A program made the position numbers and the translations under genes. Source: Anolis carolinensis (Eukaryota). Taken from it: 64,000 bases of DNA. The number at the start of each line of letters is the position of its first letter. The stretch's first letter is position 1. The stretch lies in the NCBI RefSeq assembly GCF_035594765.1, contig NC_085841.1:316395402-316459401 (forward strand), written 5' to 3'. Under the pieces are notes generated by a model that saw only the letters and a program-made list of their open reading frames with translations, was not told the origin of the DNA and did no database searches. Below are positions 12,801 through 27,163 of the stretch, piece by piece.

Positions 12801-14438
12801 CTGTTATATCGGACAAAAAACAAAACATCAGACCATCAAACAGAAGCCTTAGATGTTTGAAGAGAGATAATAAAAGTGAATAAATTGTAACAGTTAATTG
12901 TTAAATTGACCTAGTAAAGTCAGGAAAAAACAGACAGATATTCTGTATCAAACTTATACAAGGCCAGTGTGCTACAGTACAAATGTTTCCCAAATTTTCA
13001 CCTATCCACATCCAGCAAAATATGCCCTCTCTAAGAATTTTCTTGTTCCTCCAAGTGATTTCATGATATGTTTCTGCCAGAAGGTACCACAGAGTCTTGC
13101 TGGGAAACTAGCAAATTCTTAGAGAGACTATCTCTTTAAGATTTGCTAGGTCCGAATTTATGATAATTTGTTCATTTCAGTAGTGTTACTATTCTCCACA
13201 GTTTTCAGTTTCCACAGTAAACTCAAGAATGTGGGGATTGTGCAGTACTTGGATTTTATAGTCTTCTTCACTGTGATGGTCCTTGCTGAAGTTGAAAAGT
13301 CCATAGAACATGGGCATGAATTCTATGATAATAATGAAATAATTTTACAATGTTTTTATTATTTTATTATCCAGATCAGGATGTTTCTTTTAAAAGAATT
13401 AATGTGATATTTTGTAAAAGGAGAGTTTAAAAAATAACAGAAACTCCAATAATTTGTTTTGTATGCTTATTTTGAAAAGTACCCACGCAAATAAATATTT
13501 TACAAGACCATAATGGATGGTTATCTTGGATTTCCCATATTTTTTTTCTGGCGAATCCCAGTTTTCTGGCCAGTTACAGAGTGTTTTAATCATGTTTAAA
13601 GCCGACTTAATATTATATAACAACAGCAAAACTACTTGCCCTTATTAGAAGGACCCTTGTGACTTTATTATTTTATTTTTTAAGTGGCATTATTTTAATC
13701 TTCCAACAAAGGAAGGTAAGGACAAACCATCTCTGCTTAAGAAAACCTAATGAAATTCATGGGGTAAGATACCCTCCAGTATTTCTTAGCTAAAAACTGT
13801 CAAATGACTGGCAAAAATGTAGGATGAGAAAAGGAACCATTTCATTCCATATACCATATCCTCCAACAATATCGCAAATGTAAACCAATATATGTGTGGC
13901 AGACAACATCAGAATATGGTCAATATGGCAAAAAAAAAAAATCTGAATCAGGAAACAACACAACAAGGAAAAGGCTATGGCAATTTGTTTTTCTCTGAGC
14001 GGCAGTTTGCTTTTGTTTTAGTCTGTAGTGAAGGACAAGAGTTCACTCCCTCTTCTCCCCTTCCCCTTTGCACACACAAGTATAGTAAAAGTCAAGTTTG
14101 TGGTGGTAATATTTAATTATATTTACCATGCCACTGTGAATCACAGAAATGTTGGGTGTACATGATATTGATAGTTAGGGGAGAGAACCTGACTTTGTTG
14201 AGTGCAGAAAGAGGTTAAAAGGAGTTTTTTCATAGTGTTTTCTTCAGTCAACATGGTTTTGTGGGTTTTTAGCAATAATCCATTGCTTATTGGTAAGGCT
14301 TGACTTGAACATGATGTTCCATTGTATGGTCACATGTCAATAGGAATGAGCTACTCACATTTGGCTTCTTACATCCACGAATTGTGTACTTAATGTCGAC
14401 TGTATTTAATAGTGCTTACACTAATGCAAATGTACATA

Positions 14439-14782
14439 CAGTAGAGTCTCACTTATCCAACATAAATGGGCCGGCAGAACGTTGGATAAGCGAAAATGTT
14501 GGATAATAAGGAGAGATTAAGGAAAAGTCTATTAAACATCAAATTACGTTATGATTTTACAAATTAAGCACCAAAACATCATGTTTTACAACAACTTGAC
14601 AGAAAAAGCAGTTCAATACACGATAACATTATGCAGTAATTATTCTATTTACGAATTTAGCACCAAAACATTGCAAAGTATTGAAAACATTTACTACAAA
14701 AACATTGACTACTAAAAGGCAGACTGTGCTGGATAATACAGAACGTTGGATAAGTGAAGGTTGGATAAGTGAGACTCTACTG
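14439..14782. mobile_element. Tc1/mariner-superfamily MITE, copy 2
   Basis: Same TIR CAGTAGAGTCTCACTTATCCAA, TA TSD, internal sequence similar to 11089-11411. Confidence 0.9.
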
Positions 14783-14886
14783 TATAGTTTTAGCCTAGGT
14801 TATACCTGGTGTTAATATTATCTTTGAAATCTTTAATACCAGACCAAATCGTCTTGTATATTATTCTCTGGAATATTATCTACTCT

Positions 14887-15379
14887 TACTTAGTACTTAC
14901 TTACTTACTTAGGCAATCCCACGTAGTTCGAGGATGATGGTCTTCCAGTCATGAGGTCTTGAGGGTGAATTCTTAGGTGGCTGAAGAGACCTATTCTTGA
15001 TCTGCATGTTCTACCGCAGTGAGGACATCGGTTTCCAGGTGGAAGGCGGTCCCGGTCAGGGTTGGCTTGACGGACCTTCCTCTTGGCACATTTCTCCCTT
15101 AAGTCCTCCATTCGTGCCTCTTCAAACTCCGCAGCACTGCTGGTCACAGCTGACCTCCAATTAGAGCGCTCAAGGGCCAGGGCTTCTCAGTTCTCAGTGT
15201 CTATGCCACAGTTTTTAAGGTTGGCTTTAAGCCCATCTTTAAATCTCTTTTCCTGCCCACCAACATTACGTTTCCCATTCTTGAGTTCGAAGTAGAGCAA
15301 CTGCTTTGGGAGACGGTGGTCAGGCATTCGGACAATGTGGCCAGTCCAGCGGAGTTGATGGCGTAGGAGCATTGCTTCA
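14887..15379 (-). mobile_element. RTE-1-like LINE 3' fragment
   Basis: QLRWTGHIVRMPDHRLPKQLLY and terminal CPHCGRTC...SHLRIH zinc finger; (TAAG)n tail; 12-bp TSD ATTATCTACTCT at 14875-14886 and 15380-15391; internal stop codon. Confidence 0.9.
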
Positions 15380-15891
15380 ATTATCTACTCTATCCTAATT
15401 TGTCTGCAAAAATATTTTCTTCATCTAAGGGAGCCTCATGGATGTGCATTCCATACTATCCTTTAAAACGGAGGGATATTATTTCACTTCAGTTTGTTTC
15501 ATTTTAAAATTTCACATATACCTTTAAAATCAATCCGTTTGTATGCACAGATGTATTGTTCTATATTGTTGCCCTTGGTAATTTGTTGTGGTGGAGCCAA
15601 TAACAGTAGCTATGTTTTCCGTTTTTTGGAATCAAGACTGCATAGCTTTGTAACCAGATATTCTCTTCTTTGAATGGTAGAGATTTTTATCCAAAGGAGT
15701 CTTCTATGTGCAGATGAGAAGGACCCTGATTTCTGACAGTTTCCATTCACTTTGCAAAGAACCACAATGCAGTTAACTGCATGGGTTACTTCGCTTGCGA
15801 ATAAGGGAAGAATGGAGTTACATTTCATAAATGCAGTGTAATGTATGGGAACAATTGATCATTGTGTTGTAACAAATTATGTTTCTAGTTA

Positions 15892-16309
15892 CTGTGTTTC
15901 CCCGAAAATAAGACAGTGTCTTATATTAATTTTTACTCCCAAAGATGTGCTAGGTCATATTTTCAGGTGATGTCTTATTTTTCCATGAAGAAGAATTCAC
16001 ATTAATTGTTGAACAAAAAATGAACATTTATTTTATACTGTACAGTAGTTGTCATCACAAACCAGCATAACCAAACAAACTGTGAATCTTATCAAGAATT
16101 TCTTGTTACTACCATTATTTCCATGTACAACAATCTATAGTGTGTACATTTACCGATTCTGCAAGCTCCGGTGTTCTGTTCGGCGGGCATGCTTCCAAAC
16201 AAAAACTTTGCTAGGTCTTACTTTCGGGGGAGGCCTTATATTTAGCAATTCAGCAAAACCTCTACTAGGTCTTATTTTCTGGGGATGTCTTATTTTCGGG
16301 GAAACAGTG
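15892..16309. mobile_element. pogo/Tigger-like MITE
   Basis: TIR ctgtgtttccccgaaaataagac / gtcttattttcggggaaacagtg, TA flanks, internal (tag)gtcttatttt repeats. Confidence 0.8.
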
Positions 16310-19229
16310 TACTTTTATAGTTGCATTTAATTATATTTGTATGGATTTTTGGAAACACCTGAAACAGAATCTTTAAACTTTTGCCAGTTCTAGGGCTTTA
16401 TTTAAAAATAGCAAAAGACAACAAGTAATAAAATGAGTTACATGTCACATAATGCAATGTGTGATAATACTAGAGTACGTGTCCAGTACAATAAGTTTTG
16501 GAAATGTATTACTTTTGAAAAGCAACTCTCCAAGCTGTGCCTCCTTTGTGTTCTGTAGAAATCAGTAGGCTGATTGGAGGAAGTAAGACCAGAGACCCAA
16601 GACTGTTTCCATGACTGGTCACAGAACTCTATAGATTTCTATACAGGAGGAGTAAAGGAATCATCATTACTTGCTAATAAACATAGTAAACCTTTTAACA
16701 TCAGTTTCCCTCTCCTTTACTAAATGTTACCGTAAATGAGTACAGCATGACCAAAAATTATGAAGTATAATAAGTAATAACATTTTTAGGAATAAGAACA
16801 TATAATGCAACAAACATTGCACCACATGGTGGGAACGGGACAGGATGCACTGGCACCCTTTCCCTCCCCCATCAGATGTCAGCACGCATTGTCCCACACC
16901 CTTTCTGCCATCACACAGCAAAAGGGGAGGAAAGTGCAGGTAGCTCCGTCAGAACTACCGAAACAACACTTTTCTCCCTGTAGTGGAAGAGGAAGCACCA
17001 AGATTTTTCCCATTCCACTTTGGGAGGAATGTGGGTGGGGTCGTGTGATGACGTACGGCAGTCTTCATCCAAGATGCACACAAAAGCGGCAAAATGGGGC
17101 AAAAATGCCCCACATGAAGAGGTCCAGAGAGAGAATGAGAGATCCAGACTTCAGCTTGGGACTATAGCTTTATTAGGTTTAACAAAATATCACAAAATAG
17201 TGCCCAAGCTTTCTGATTTTCAAGAACAGTCCTTCAGACCAGAAAGTAAATGAAGCAAGAACTGAAGGACAAGGATGGTGAAAGATAGCTGCGGTTGCAT
17301 CCATATAGTCTCCATTTAGTCACAAGATGGTGCCTGAGAACAGGCAACAGATATTCACGTAATGGTTCCAAATTGCACAATTCCTGGCCCTAGGGATGCT
17401 GAGATGAAGAAGCATACAGTGATTGATCCATTTTTTGAAAATTTAAAATCCAATTGCTTCCCAGCTGGCATGCAAGACTTATCAATAGGTACTATTCCTT
17501 AAGACTATATATTATTTCTAATATCAGGAGCCATATGCTTGTAAATACCAGTTCTTGGGAGAACATTGTTGTGTTCATATCCTTCACCGTGGGAACAGAA
17601 TACTGAAGCAAATAGGTATTTAGTTTGATCTGGGAGGGCTCTTCTTATGTAAACTAAAAACTATGGTGTATGCAGAACAGTTTTATTTTATGTAAGTGCT
17701 ATTTATTTACAGGGAATGCAGAGATGAGCTTTGTATGTGAAATTTTCCCATGTTCTTATCTACTGTTTCACATATTCAAACGTAATGGTGGCTTTTATGG
17801 AAATACTGAGGATCTTTATTTAGGACGTTCCATGTTATCCAGTTTTCTTTACTAATCTTTTAGCTATACTGAAAAAATCCAACTAGTTTGCCTACTTGTA
17901 CAAACTACATATAAGGGTATAAGCTTTCTGTTTCCTCTCCTTTACTAAATGGAAGCTTTCTGTTGTGACATGTAAAATGATAATTTCAAATGTTTTTCTA
18001 CCTTCTGTCCATGATTGTACATGTTTTATGGATTTTGATATTGTTTCAATTTTTTTGCTGTCTTTGAGAAACCAATTTCTGCTGGAAATCCTTTTGTGAA
18101 GAAAGCAATAGAATATATGCAAGAGTTCATTTCCTTAGTTCTCATTTATTTAATACGTTGAGACTAACAATTTATTAATGTATCTAGAATATTATCCCTT
18201 TCTCTCTTTTTTGCAGAGATTGTAAATGGATATATAGCAGGGATGGGAAATTTGTGACTCTCCCAATTTTGTAGAATAGCAATTCCTATTAGCCCTAGTC
18301 AACATAGTTGTGAGAGGATTATGAGAATTGCTATCCACTAATTTGTGGAGAAATGCACATTAACCATTTCTGTTCCAGAACTGTGTTGTCTATTCCCTTT
18401 AGTAAGTTGCTCTTTGAAATGACTTACCAATGTGTAAGTCCTTGGACATTGTTAATATGAATTCCAAAGAGAGGACAACTATTTACGTCTTGTATTCATT
18501 TTGTTTCAGTTTTTAATATAAATCTTATAAAACAAATTGTATTTAAATCTTTTACCTAAGCACCATTGATTTTTTTTCAGAAGCATGACTATACGAAAAC
18601 TCTACCATTGAGTAATATCCTGTTTTATAGCATTGAATACATTTATCTGATGGCAGCATGGTTTAATATCACTTGCCCATGTTGAGCATGTTGCTTTTTT
18701 GCCCTTTAACAAAGGGAAATGGAAGACTAAAACTCAGTAGTCACATTACATGTTCCAGGTCAGGTTTCTATTGAACTCAGCATGAACATGTTGAAGAAAA
18801 CCTGTGCCATGTATAGTTACTGGAACACAATTGCTACCTAAAGCTGCAGCTGAGGTCATCAAGGGTTTATTAGTCAATTTTGCCTAATAAGCTGTTCTGC
18901 CTTGTTCAGTGCTTCATGTGTTGTTGCTGGTGAAGGTCTCCCAGCTTGTGGTCAATAATAAATTCAGTTTCTTGTTTAGAAAGTATCAGCCCTATGTACA
19001 CGTTTTCATTTGTTTGTGCACATGACATGTGCTTTGCAGCCAAATGCAAGTAAAATCTCAGCTGAACCTGATGAAATTATTTATGCTACTAACCTTAAAA
19101 CACAAGCAGCATATTTCTGTGAAAAGAAAAGAAAGAAGCCATTTTACAAAAACATTAAAGGTTTGAAGAATGGTTGCAATTGTAACAACTCACCAACATA
19201 AATTAACATGAAGAGTGTGTTGCCAATTA

Positions 19230-19765
19230 CAGTGGAACCGCTACTTAAAAGCACCCCAACTTAAGAGTGTTTTGAGTTAAGAGCTGTAACTCGGTCCTGG
19301 TTTTGCTTTGATATATCAACAGCATTTTGAGTTAAGAGGGAGCACTAGCATGAAAGTACAGGGCTTCAAGGGAGCAGCCCCTGTGCCTCATGCTCTTGTC
19401 TGCTTTGGAAGATTACTATCCATTTTGCCCTCATCTGCTTTGAGGAACTTTGGGTTAGGTGATTTTATGTGTTTTTTTATTCCTGGTATGTTTGGCTTCA
19501 TGAAGGGAGGGGGGAGGGAAGGAGGGAGGCTGGAATAAGTACAGTGTGAAGAAAATTATACTTCTGCCTCTTCACTTTATGCTTTGAGCTTCTTTACCAC
19601 AAGTTAGTGCTTATACCATTTTAAAGTTGACGTTGTGAATGTGCATGTATATATTATTTGTCATTTATAAAGTACATTTTCTTATTTAAAAACGTGGGGG
19701 AGGGGGGAGGTCAGGGGGCCAGAACGGATTAATAGCATTTCAATGCATTTTAGTGGGAAAATTGT
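19230..19765. mobile_element. Tigger-like non-autonomous DNA transposon, right end missing
   Basis: TA-CAGTGGAACCGCTACTTAA start, ttgagttaagag repeats, gaacggattaat...catttcaatgcatttt motif; no matching right TIR seen. Confidence 0.45.
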
Positions 19766-20509
19766 ACAGAAACATCAATTGCATATTGACTTTTGAGAAC
19801 GCTTTGAATTGCATATGGTGGCTGCACAACTCCAGGCATTCTTGGTAGATACTGATTTTCTGGATCCGGCGCAGTCTGGCTTCAGGCCAGGGCATGGTAC
19901 CGAGACAGCCTTGGTCGCCTTAGTCGATGATCTACGCCGGGAACTGGAGAGGGGAAGTGTGTCCCTGCTGGTTCTGCTGGACCTCTCAGCGGCCTTCGAT
20001 ACTGTCGATCACAGTATCCTTCTGGGATGCCTTGCCAGGATGGGGCTCGGGGGTACTGTTCTGCAGTGGCTCCGGTCCTTTCTGGAGGGTTGTTCCCAGA
20101 TGGTGTCATTGGGGGACGCCTGCTCGATCCCACAACTGTTGTCTTGTGGGGTCCCGCAGGGCTCTGTATTGTCTCCCATGTTGTTTAACATCTACATGAA
20201 GCCTTTGGGAGAGATCATCCGGAGTTTTGGGGTGCGGTGTCATCTGTACGCAGATGATGTCCAGCTCTGTCACTCCTTCCCACCTGTCACTAAGGAGGCT
20301 GTTCAAGTCCTGAACCGATGTCTGGCCGCTGTGTCAGACTGGATGAGGGCCAACAAATTGAATCCAGACAAGACAGAGGTCCTCCTGGTCAGTCGTAAGG
20401 CTGAACAGGGAATAGGGTTACAGCCTGCGTTGGACGGGGTCGCACTCCCCCTGAAGACACAGGTTCGCAGTCTGGGGGTTCTCCTGGACTCATCGCTGAG
20501 CCTGGAGCC

Positions 20510-21474
20510 TGTCACGACCCAGGCTGCAGAGCACCAATAACCATACACAGAGGCCAGAATCTATCTAATATCTTTATTAAGGAAATAAGTAAAGGCAATA
20601 AAAATAAGTGTAGAATATAGTTCAGAAGATGTCCTTTCAGGAAAGGTCAAATATAGTCCAGGAAAACAATGTCCAATATGAAATAGTAAGGTCCAAAGTT
20701 GTAATCCAGTAACCGAAACACTCACTTTGCCAAGCAGAGTGAGGGGAGATGACAAGGTCCTTTAATCCATGAAACTTAGGCAAGGCAAGGAAATAGCTTG
20801 ATTCTTGGTACACAAAGCTTGATTCAAGGCAACAAGGAACGAGGAACAGGGACAAGATCCGTGGTAAATACTTGGCAAGGTCCGGGAAGCAAGGCAAGGT
20901 CCTGGAAGGCAAGGCTGAGTCCTAGGAAACAAGGCAAGGTCCGTGAAGCAAACAAGGCTGGGAACGTGAACGTAGGCTTGGAAACAGGAACGAGGCTTGG
21001 AAACTGGAGTAGCGCTGTCCACACACAACCTACTCCAGTAGCTGACGAATTGACTCCGCAAGATTCCTTCGGGGCAAGGAACCTAAATAGGGTCTCGTTT
21101 TCCCACCAAAGAACACTTCTCTGGGGAATCAGAACCGAAAGTCAATCTCTGTGTCCAGATGCATGACTCCCTAGAATTTCTCATGGAAGCAGTCTTAATC
21201 AGCTGAATGCCTGGCTGCGATTCTCAGGCTTCTGCGATTAGCCTGCTGAACTCCTTTTTGTTGTTGATAATAACTACGGCGAGAAAATGGGGGAGATTCT
21301 GACTCAGGGCTTGTTTGGCAGATTTCTGGAAGGCAAACCTCTTGCAGGTGCAAGGGCTCCAATTCAGGCTGGGAAAGTTCCAATTCTGGCTGAAATGGTG
21401 GAAAACCCAAGTTTTCCTCTTCATCTGTCACAACAGCGTTAGGAACGGGACTACATGGCCCATGAGTCATCACA
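20510..21474 (-). mobile_element. Solo LTR of the Gypsy/chromovirus family at 29599-35988 (diverged subfamily)
   Basis: 965 bp, TG...CA ends, 5-bp TSD GAGCC (20505-20509, 21475-21479), colinear with the LTRs of the full element. Confidence 0.95.
21195..21470 (-). other. LTR (U3)-encoded 91-aa reading frame, homolog of the Pol C-terminal tail
   Basis: MTHGPCSP...RRSLRIAARHSAD*; same length and 60/91 identical (manual count) to 30277-30552. Confidence 0.8.
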
Positions 21475-24400
21475 GAGCCCCAGGTCTCGGCGGTGGCCAG
21501 GGGAGCATTTGCACAACTCAGACTTGTGTGCCAGCTGCGCCCGTTCCTTGGGAGGTCTGACTTGGCCACGGTGGTCCACGCTCTGGTTACATCTCGTTTG
21601 GACTACTGCAACGCACTCTACATGGGGTTGCCTTTGAAGACGGCCCGGAAGCTCCAACTAGTACAATGGGCGGCAGCCAGATTAATAACCGGGGCAGCTT
21701 ACAGGGAGTGCACAACCCCCCTGCTAAGCCAGCTCCACTGGCTGCCGATATGCTACCGAGCCCAATTCAAAATGCTGGTCTTGACCTATAAAGCCCTAAA
21801 CGGTTCTGGCCCAATCTACTTGTCCGAACGTATCTCCTCCTATGAACCAGTAAGATCACTAAGATCATCTGGAGAGGCCCTGCTCTCGGTCCCACCTGCC
21901 TCACAGGCGCGGCTGGTGGGAACGAGGGACAGGGAACATTACACGCATACATCCTTACATGTTTAGGTCTCCTGTAGATTGGCATTAATCAGGCATCACA
22001 AAGAGCTTAGGATTCACTGTCCAAGGGACAGTTTGTTCAAACAATTGCATTAGGTGTTGGGCTTTTGTTCAATTTTAGGGTGAAGGTAAGCACATTTAAG
22101 GCTCTGTCTACTATTTTTCTTTCCATCCTCTCTTTATTGGAGTCTTTTTTTTCTTTTTTCTTTGCAAGGAATTACATTTCAGGCTCCCCCCCCCCCCTTT
22201 CTTTCTTCACATTTCCTGAAGTCTTGACAAAAACCCAGCATTCTTCTGCTGGATATGGCAGCTGGAAATTGCAGTCCAGAGATACCTAGAAGACTGTGTG
22301 ATATTTGTGATATATTTGAGCACATCCATGAGGATGCCTGATAGCTGAACTAGAGGGATTAGATTAGGTTTTCTTTGATAGAACAGCTAGTCATCTAATG
22401 GTTTCCTGTACTAATACATTCTTTTGCTGATGTTGCCAGCTACCGTACATGTGAGGGAAGGGGAAGAGAGAAGCAGGCAGGCAGAGAGACAGAAAGAGAG
22501 TGAGAATAGCCATCTTAAATAAAAACTACTGAACCATTGAAAGGCAAAAGTGCTAGGAAGTGACTGAAATGAACTGTTACACAACCTTATTTTTTCAAGA
22601 TGAAATTTTCCTGCATTGTTGCAAGGAATCCATGCATCTCACCTGTTGCCCAACACTGGAAGGCGTTTTATCAATGAGATAACTCTTTCTCCAATTTGAA
22701 TTTTGGGAGAAAAGGTTGTATTTTTGTTTCTCAGCAAGAATTAACATTTGTAGAGCTATACAAAATTATAAGTGCCATTATTGTGCTGAACTATATTAAT
22801 GTTTTCAAAGATGAAACTACAATCTTAAAAAATAAAATGTTGCTTGCCTTTATTCGGTGTAAAAAATAAAATTGCACAGGGCTGATCCAGGTGAACTTGA
22901 GGTAAAGCTTCTTGATGTGGCATTCCCACAGACTAACCCAATTCAGGGGGGAAACTTGAATCCTGAAACTATTCTCCTCCTTTAGGGACAGTTCAGACAG
23001 CTGTAGCCACCTGCAGTTATCTCAACAACCATTCTATGCTCTCTGGGCTCAGCCCAGGGATGCAGGATGGCTTTCCCTTCCCATGTCACAGTTCGCCTCC
23101 TCCTTCCTCTCAGCCTCCTTCACAATTCACAAGATTCACCAGAAGGATTGTGGACACTTGAGAGTACGGTAGATGTCACCCCCCCCCCCGGGGTGGGGGC
23201 GGGGGCGGGGGAAGGGTCAGTGCTAGATCTAGGACCAATGAGACCCTGTGCTAGTTAAGTTCTGAGTCCCCTTGCTTAGTCCCTGAAGCAGGTAAGTCCA
23301 GTAGATCTACACTGCCTGCTTTGTGGCACACTCCCATAGACAGTCTGGAATAGCTCCGAAAAAGAATACCTTCAAATTTAGAATTGCACCACATAAGCAA
23401 AATCCATCATAAAATTTTTTTGACAGGAAGATAAGGCCAATGGGGCCCTGTGCTTAATTACACACACCCACTAAGCACAATGGTAAATCCGGCACTGGCC
23501 CCTACCCAGTGGTGCCAATCTATGTTTGGTGCAGCTGGGCAGCAGGAAGTCCCTGACATCACAGAGGCAGCTCAAGGACTTCCTTTCAAACTCACTTTTA
23601 GGGTCCGTGTAGAACCACATTGAGAAAACAAAGTTGCAGACATATGCTTTTTTTCTACTACAACTATTTCCTCGAATTCATGGAATTGTGTATGCATAGA
23701 CTGTGTGTATGATTAGACATAGAAATGCAAAACCTGTGGGATTTGGTACTGAGGTAAAAAGATTGATTTTAACAATGGTTGTTGGGGCATAAAAACAGGA
23801 AATATGTTTTCTAAAGCCAGGAAGAATAGATAACCAAATGAATGGTGGATGGAGTTATTGGAATGTAGTGTGATGCTGGCTGGGAATCAAAAAAGAGATG
23901 TGATGAACTGTCCAGGAGGACCAGTTCATCATGAGGCTGTGGTGTTATAATATGTGTAGTGTGTCCGGAAACTACTGTCTCTGTTTGACTGTCAACGGAC
24001 TAAAAATGTGTGGATATATCCCAATTCTGCTGTTTTTCTTTCCAATCTTCCCTTGTAGTTATTTAAATTCAAGGACAGCTGTTTTGATGTCATCGATGGA
24101 ATACCCAGGAAAATGAATATGTTATGCAACTGTTGTAAACTGTATTTTACTTTTATAAATATTTTTACAATCTATTTTAAATATTGTTAACAATTTAATT
24201 TGGTTTTAATATTGAATTTTTGTATATTGTAATTGCAATCATTAAATGTACTACCTGCCTTGAACCCCAGTCTTGGAAAGAAGGCAAGATACAAATAAAG
24301 TTAACTAGTACTACAGAAATAGTATTGTGGAGTTCAGTACCTCAGCTTGTACCATTGCTGTATTGGAGAGAATAATAATACTCTGTTAAGTGAGAAAAAT

Positions 24401-27029
24401 GGATTTGCAGGTCAAGATGGATTTGTATGTCAGCACTATGGTGTGGGAATTTAACTGTGATCTTTAGGGTTCATGCAAGATTGTTCTTTAACTTGGAAAT
24501 GAAAAGGGGAGGAATCTTGTGCTAGCTACTCAGGAATATGTCAAGATTCAGCTTTAATTAGATCCAAACCCAATAGAGCAAAATGCAGAACTGAATTTGA
24601 AGAAACATGCATAAAGTTGAACTTGAATTATCATTTCCAGTTACACTTTATTGTTTCATATTTAGTAAAGGTTCACCTTTTTTATGAAGTGTGCCTAGCC
24701 AAGAAATGTAGAGTTGCATCAACAATAGAACTGTCCTTGCTTAACTGCCATTGGCTTTCATTACAATGGCATCATATAACCATGAAGCCACCTTACATTC
24801 AATCAAACCACTGGTCCATCCAGACCATTGAACTATACAGTCATTATAAACCCCATAATAAATTAATGGTTTTGTGTAAGATCACTGCTTGCTTTCTTGT
24901 ATCTATTTAAATTTCTATGCTCATTCAAAGAATAGGTTATTTTTATGAACACACGCAGACACACACATTTGTGCATAATGATTTAAACTATTAAAAGATC
25001 TAATACGTTGGATAGTACAGTATATTCAACTCTAAAATTTCTCACTCAACTATGTAAGTGTTTATAGTTTGTGAGAAATAATCTTTCTTTGCAGAATATT
25101 TTTGAAGCTTGAAATCAAGTTTTGGTAGGGATTTCTTCACTATCAGTAGAAAGCTGCGCTCTTTGCGTGACAAGACCTCTGGTGGTATTTACTTGTCATG
25201 GAAAGGAAATACTAAAACATCTTGAGACTATTAGGAATGGAGGAAGCATAACTGCTTTTATACAAAAAATACTGGCTCTTCTTCTAGTTCATGTTTGACT
25301 AAATGGAAGAAATGTGGTGTGCTCCAAGATGTAGAGGATGGTGTTCAGAAGATTTACATGTTTCTCTAACTCCTTTGATGCTCAGAGGAAATTGTTTCTT
25401 AAAACTTTTGAAACAGAGTCTTAGGTTCCCTGGCACTCCCTCCCATCCCCTCACTGCAGGGGAGAAAGTAGTGTCTGATCTAGGCCGGATTGAGTTTATT
25501 TGAATGCAATAACTCCCTGTCGCCGTTCATCTTCCAAACCTGTATATTTGGTTTTGGCATCAAGGAGACACCACAATCAAGTAAATGGGGAACAGGCTGG
25601 ATTAGACATCTTTTTCCTTACAATTAAAGGGAAGGGCAGGGGTTCATTGGTATCCAAGAGGCTAAAGAACTGAAGATCTGAATAAGCCTCTTGCCTTTGC
25701 AGAAAAGCATAGGCAAAACAAAAACAAACGATGCCAACAAGGCAACAATAGGTTAGCCAAGCTTTCTAAAAAGGCAAGTTGGTAAAATAAACATGAAACC
25801 TCAGTTGCCCTGATTGTTGTACTTTGTTATCTTGTATGATGGAACAAACCTTATATATATCAATATAGTCTTTAAGGAAGTGCTTTAGAAATGTTACTTC
25901 CCTTATTTTTTGCCAGCTTGAATTACAAATACTATAGAATACTAGGGGTGCGCAAAGCTTCGGAGCTCCCTTTCATAATTCGGAGATTTGGACAACTCAG
26001 AAATACAAATCTCTGAATTATTAGTAGGAAATGACCCCATTTACTAATTGAAACACAAGCCTCCAAATCTTTCAGAGAGATTCGTAAAAGATTTGTTGAT
26101 TCGGAGATAGGCCGGCACTGCTGGCAGTGGCTTTCTCTTCCTGAAAATAGCGGAGGGCCTTGCCTCCTCCTCCTCCTCCATCGGCAGTTTCTCCCAGAGC
26201 CAAGACTCCCCTTGGAGATAAAAATGGGCATTCCGAAGCAACACGCGTGAATGGATGGGGCCATGAGGGGAAGTGTTGGTGGGAAGAGGGATGGAGGCCT
26301 AGCAGCCCCCTCCTCCTCACTGTCAGCCCACCCCCCCCCCCCAGCATCTGTGTGTCTAACACCAAAGTTATATTTTCCAAGTTACCACTCCCTCTCCAAA
26401 CTTTACAGGCCTTACCTTCCCCTTAGTTGTCTTCAAACTGCAGCCCTTTCTTCTGGTGCGAGCAGAATTCTGGGAAATGTATTTTGAGAAGGCTAGGACC
26501 TCTGTAGCAGAGTATTCAAAAGGTCCCATCCTAAGCTATATTTCCCAGAATTCTGCTCGTGCCAGAGGAACATGGCTGCCCACGTTAAAGCCCCAGTGTA
26601 GGTTAATCACATGTGCTTCAATTGAAGCAAATCTTAAAAATCAGTGGATAGACTGATTGTTCTGAAACTTGGTAGGCTTGCTGCCCTGCTCATGTTGTCT
26701 CACTGTACCACAATTTGAATGGATATACATCTTGTAGGTATTTGAAATACTTTTAATTGGAAAAAAAATTAAATTCCAAGAAATTAGTAGATGAATGAAG
26801 CTTTCTGACACTTCATAAGATTTATGCCCTTCTTATGTTGCCTCACTGTGCAGAAATTCAAGGGGATACCTTTTAAAAAAGAAGTTGTAGAAACTTAAAA
26901 CTCATGATAGAGGAGAAATCTGTGTAAATAGATTTTCTTCATTTTCAAACTCTTTCCTTCAATAAGTACATTGGCTGTCTATTGCTAGCAACTGATTGAA
27001 GTAATAAGGCTAATTCCATCTTTTTAAGC

Positions 27030-27163
27030 CAGTGGTTTTCAACTTGTGGGTCCCCAGGTGTTTTGGCCTACAACTCCCAGAAATCCCAGCCAGTTTACCA
27101 GCTGATAGGATTTCTGGGAGTTGAAGGCCAAAATATCTAGGGACCACAGGTTGAGATCCACTG
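27030..27163. mobile_element. hAT-superfamily MITE
   Basis: CAGTGG...CCACTG TIRs, 8-bp TSD TTTTAAGC. Confidence 0.9.

Larger units (their letters stand above)
19812..21934 (+). mobile_element. L2-clade LINE ORF2 fragment split by a solo LTR (19812-20509 and 21480-21934)
   Basis: [41 protein letters not shown] in 19809-20540; continuation SRLDYCNALY...LHWLP in 21493-21966. Confidence 0.9.

Noticed and set aside
20500-21484. Palindromic target preference (cctg-GAGCC-cagg) for the Gypsy integrase
   Set aside because: The second insertion site (gtca-GTCTG-gatt) shows no such symmetry.
21195-21569. 124-aa ORF extending beyond the solo LTR
   Set aside because: The N-terminal part is antisense L2 sequence; only the LTR portion is meaningful.
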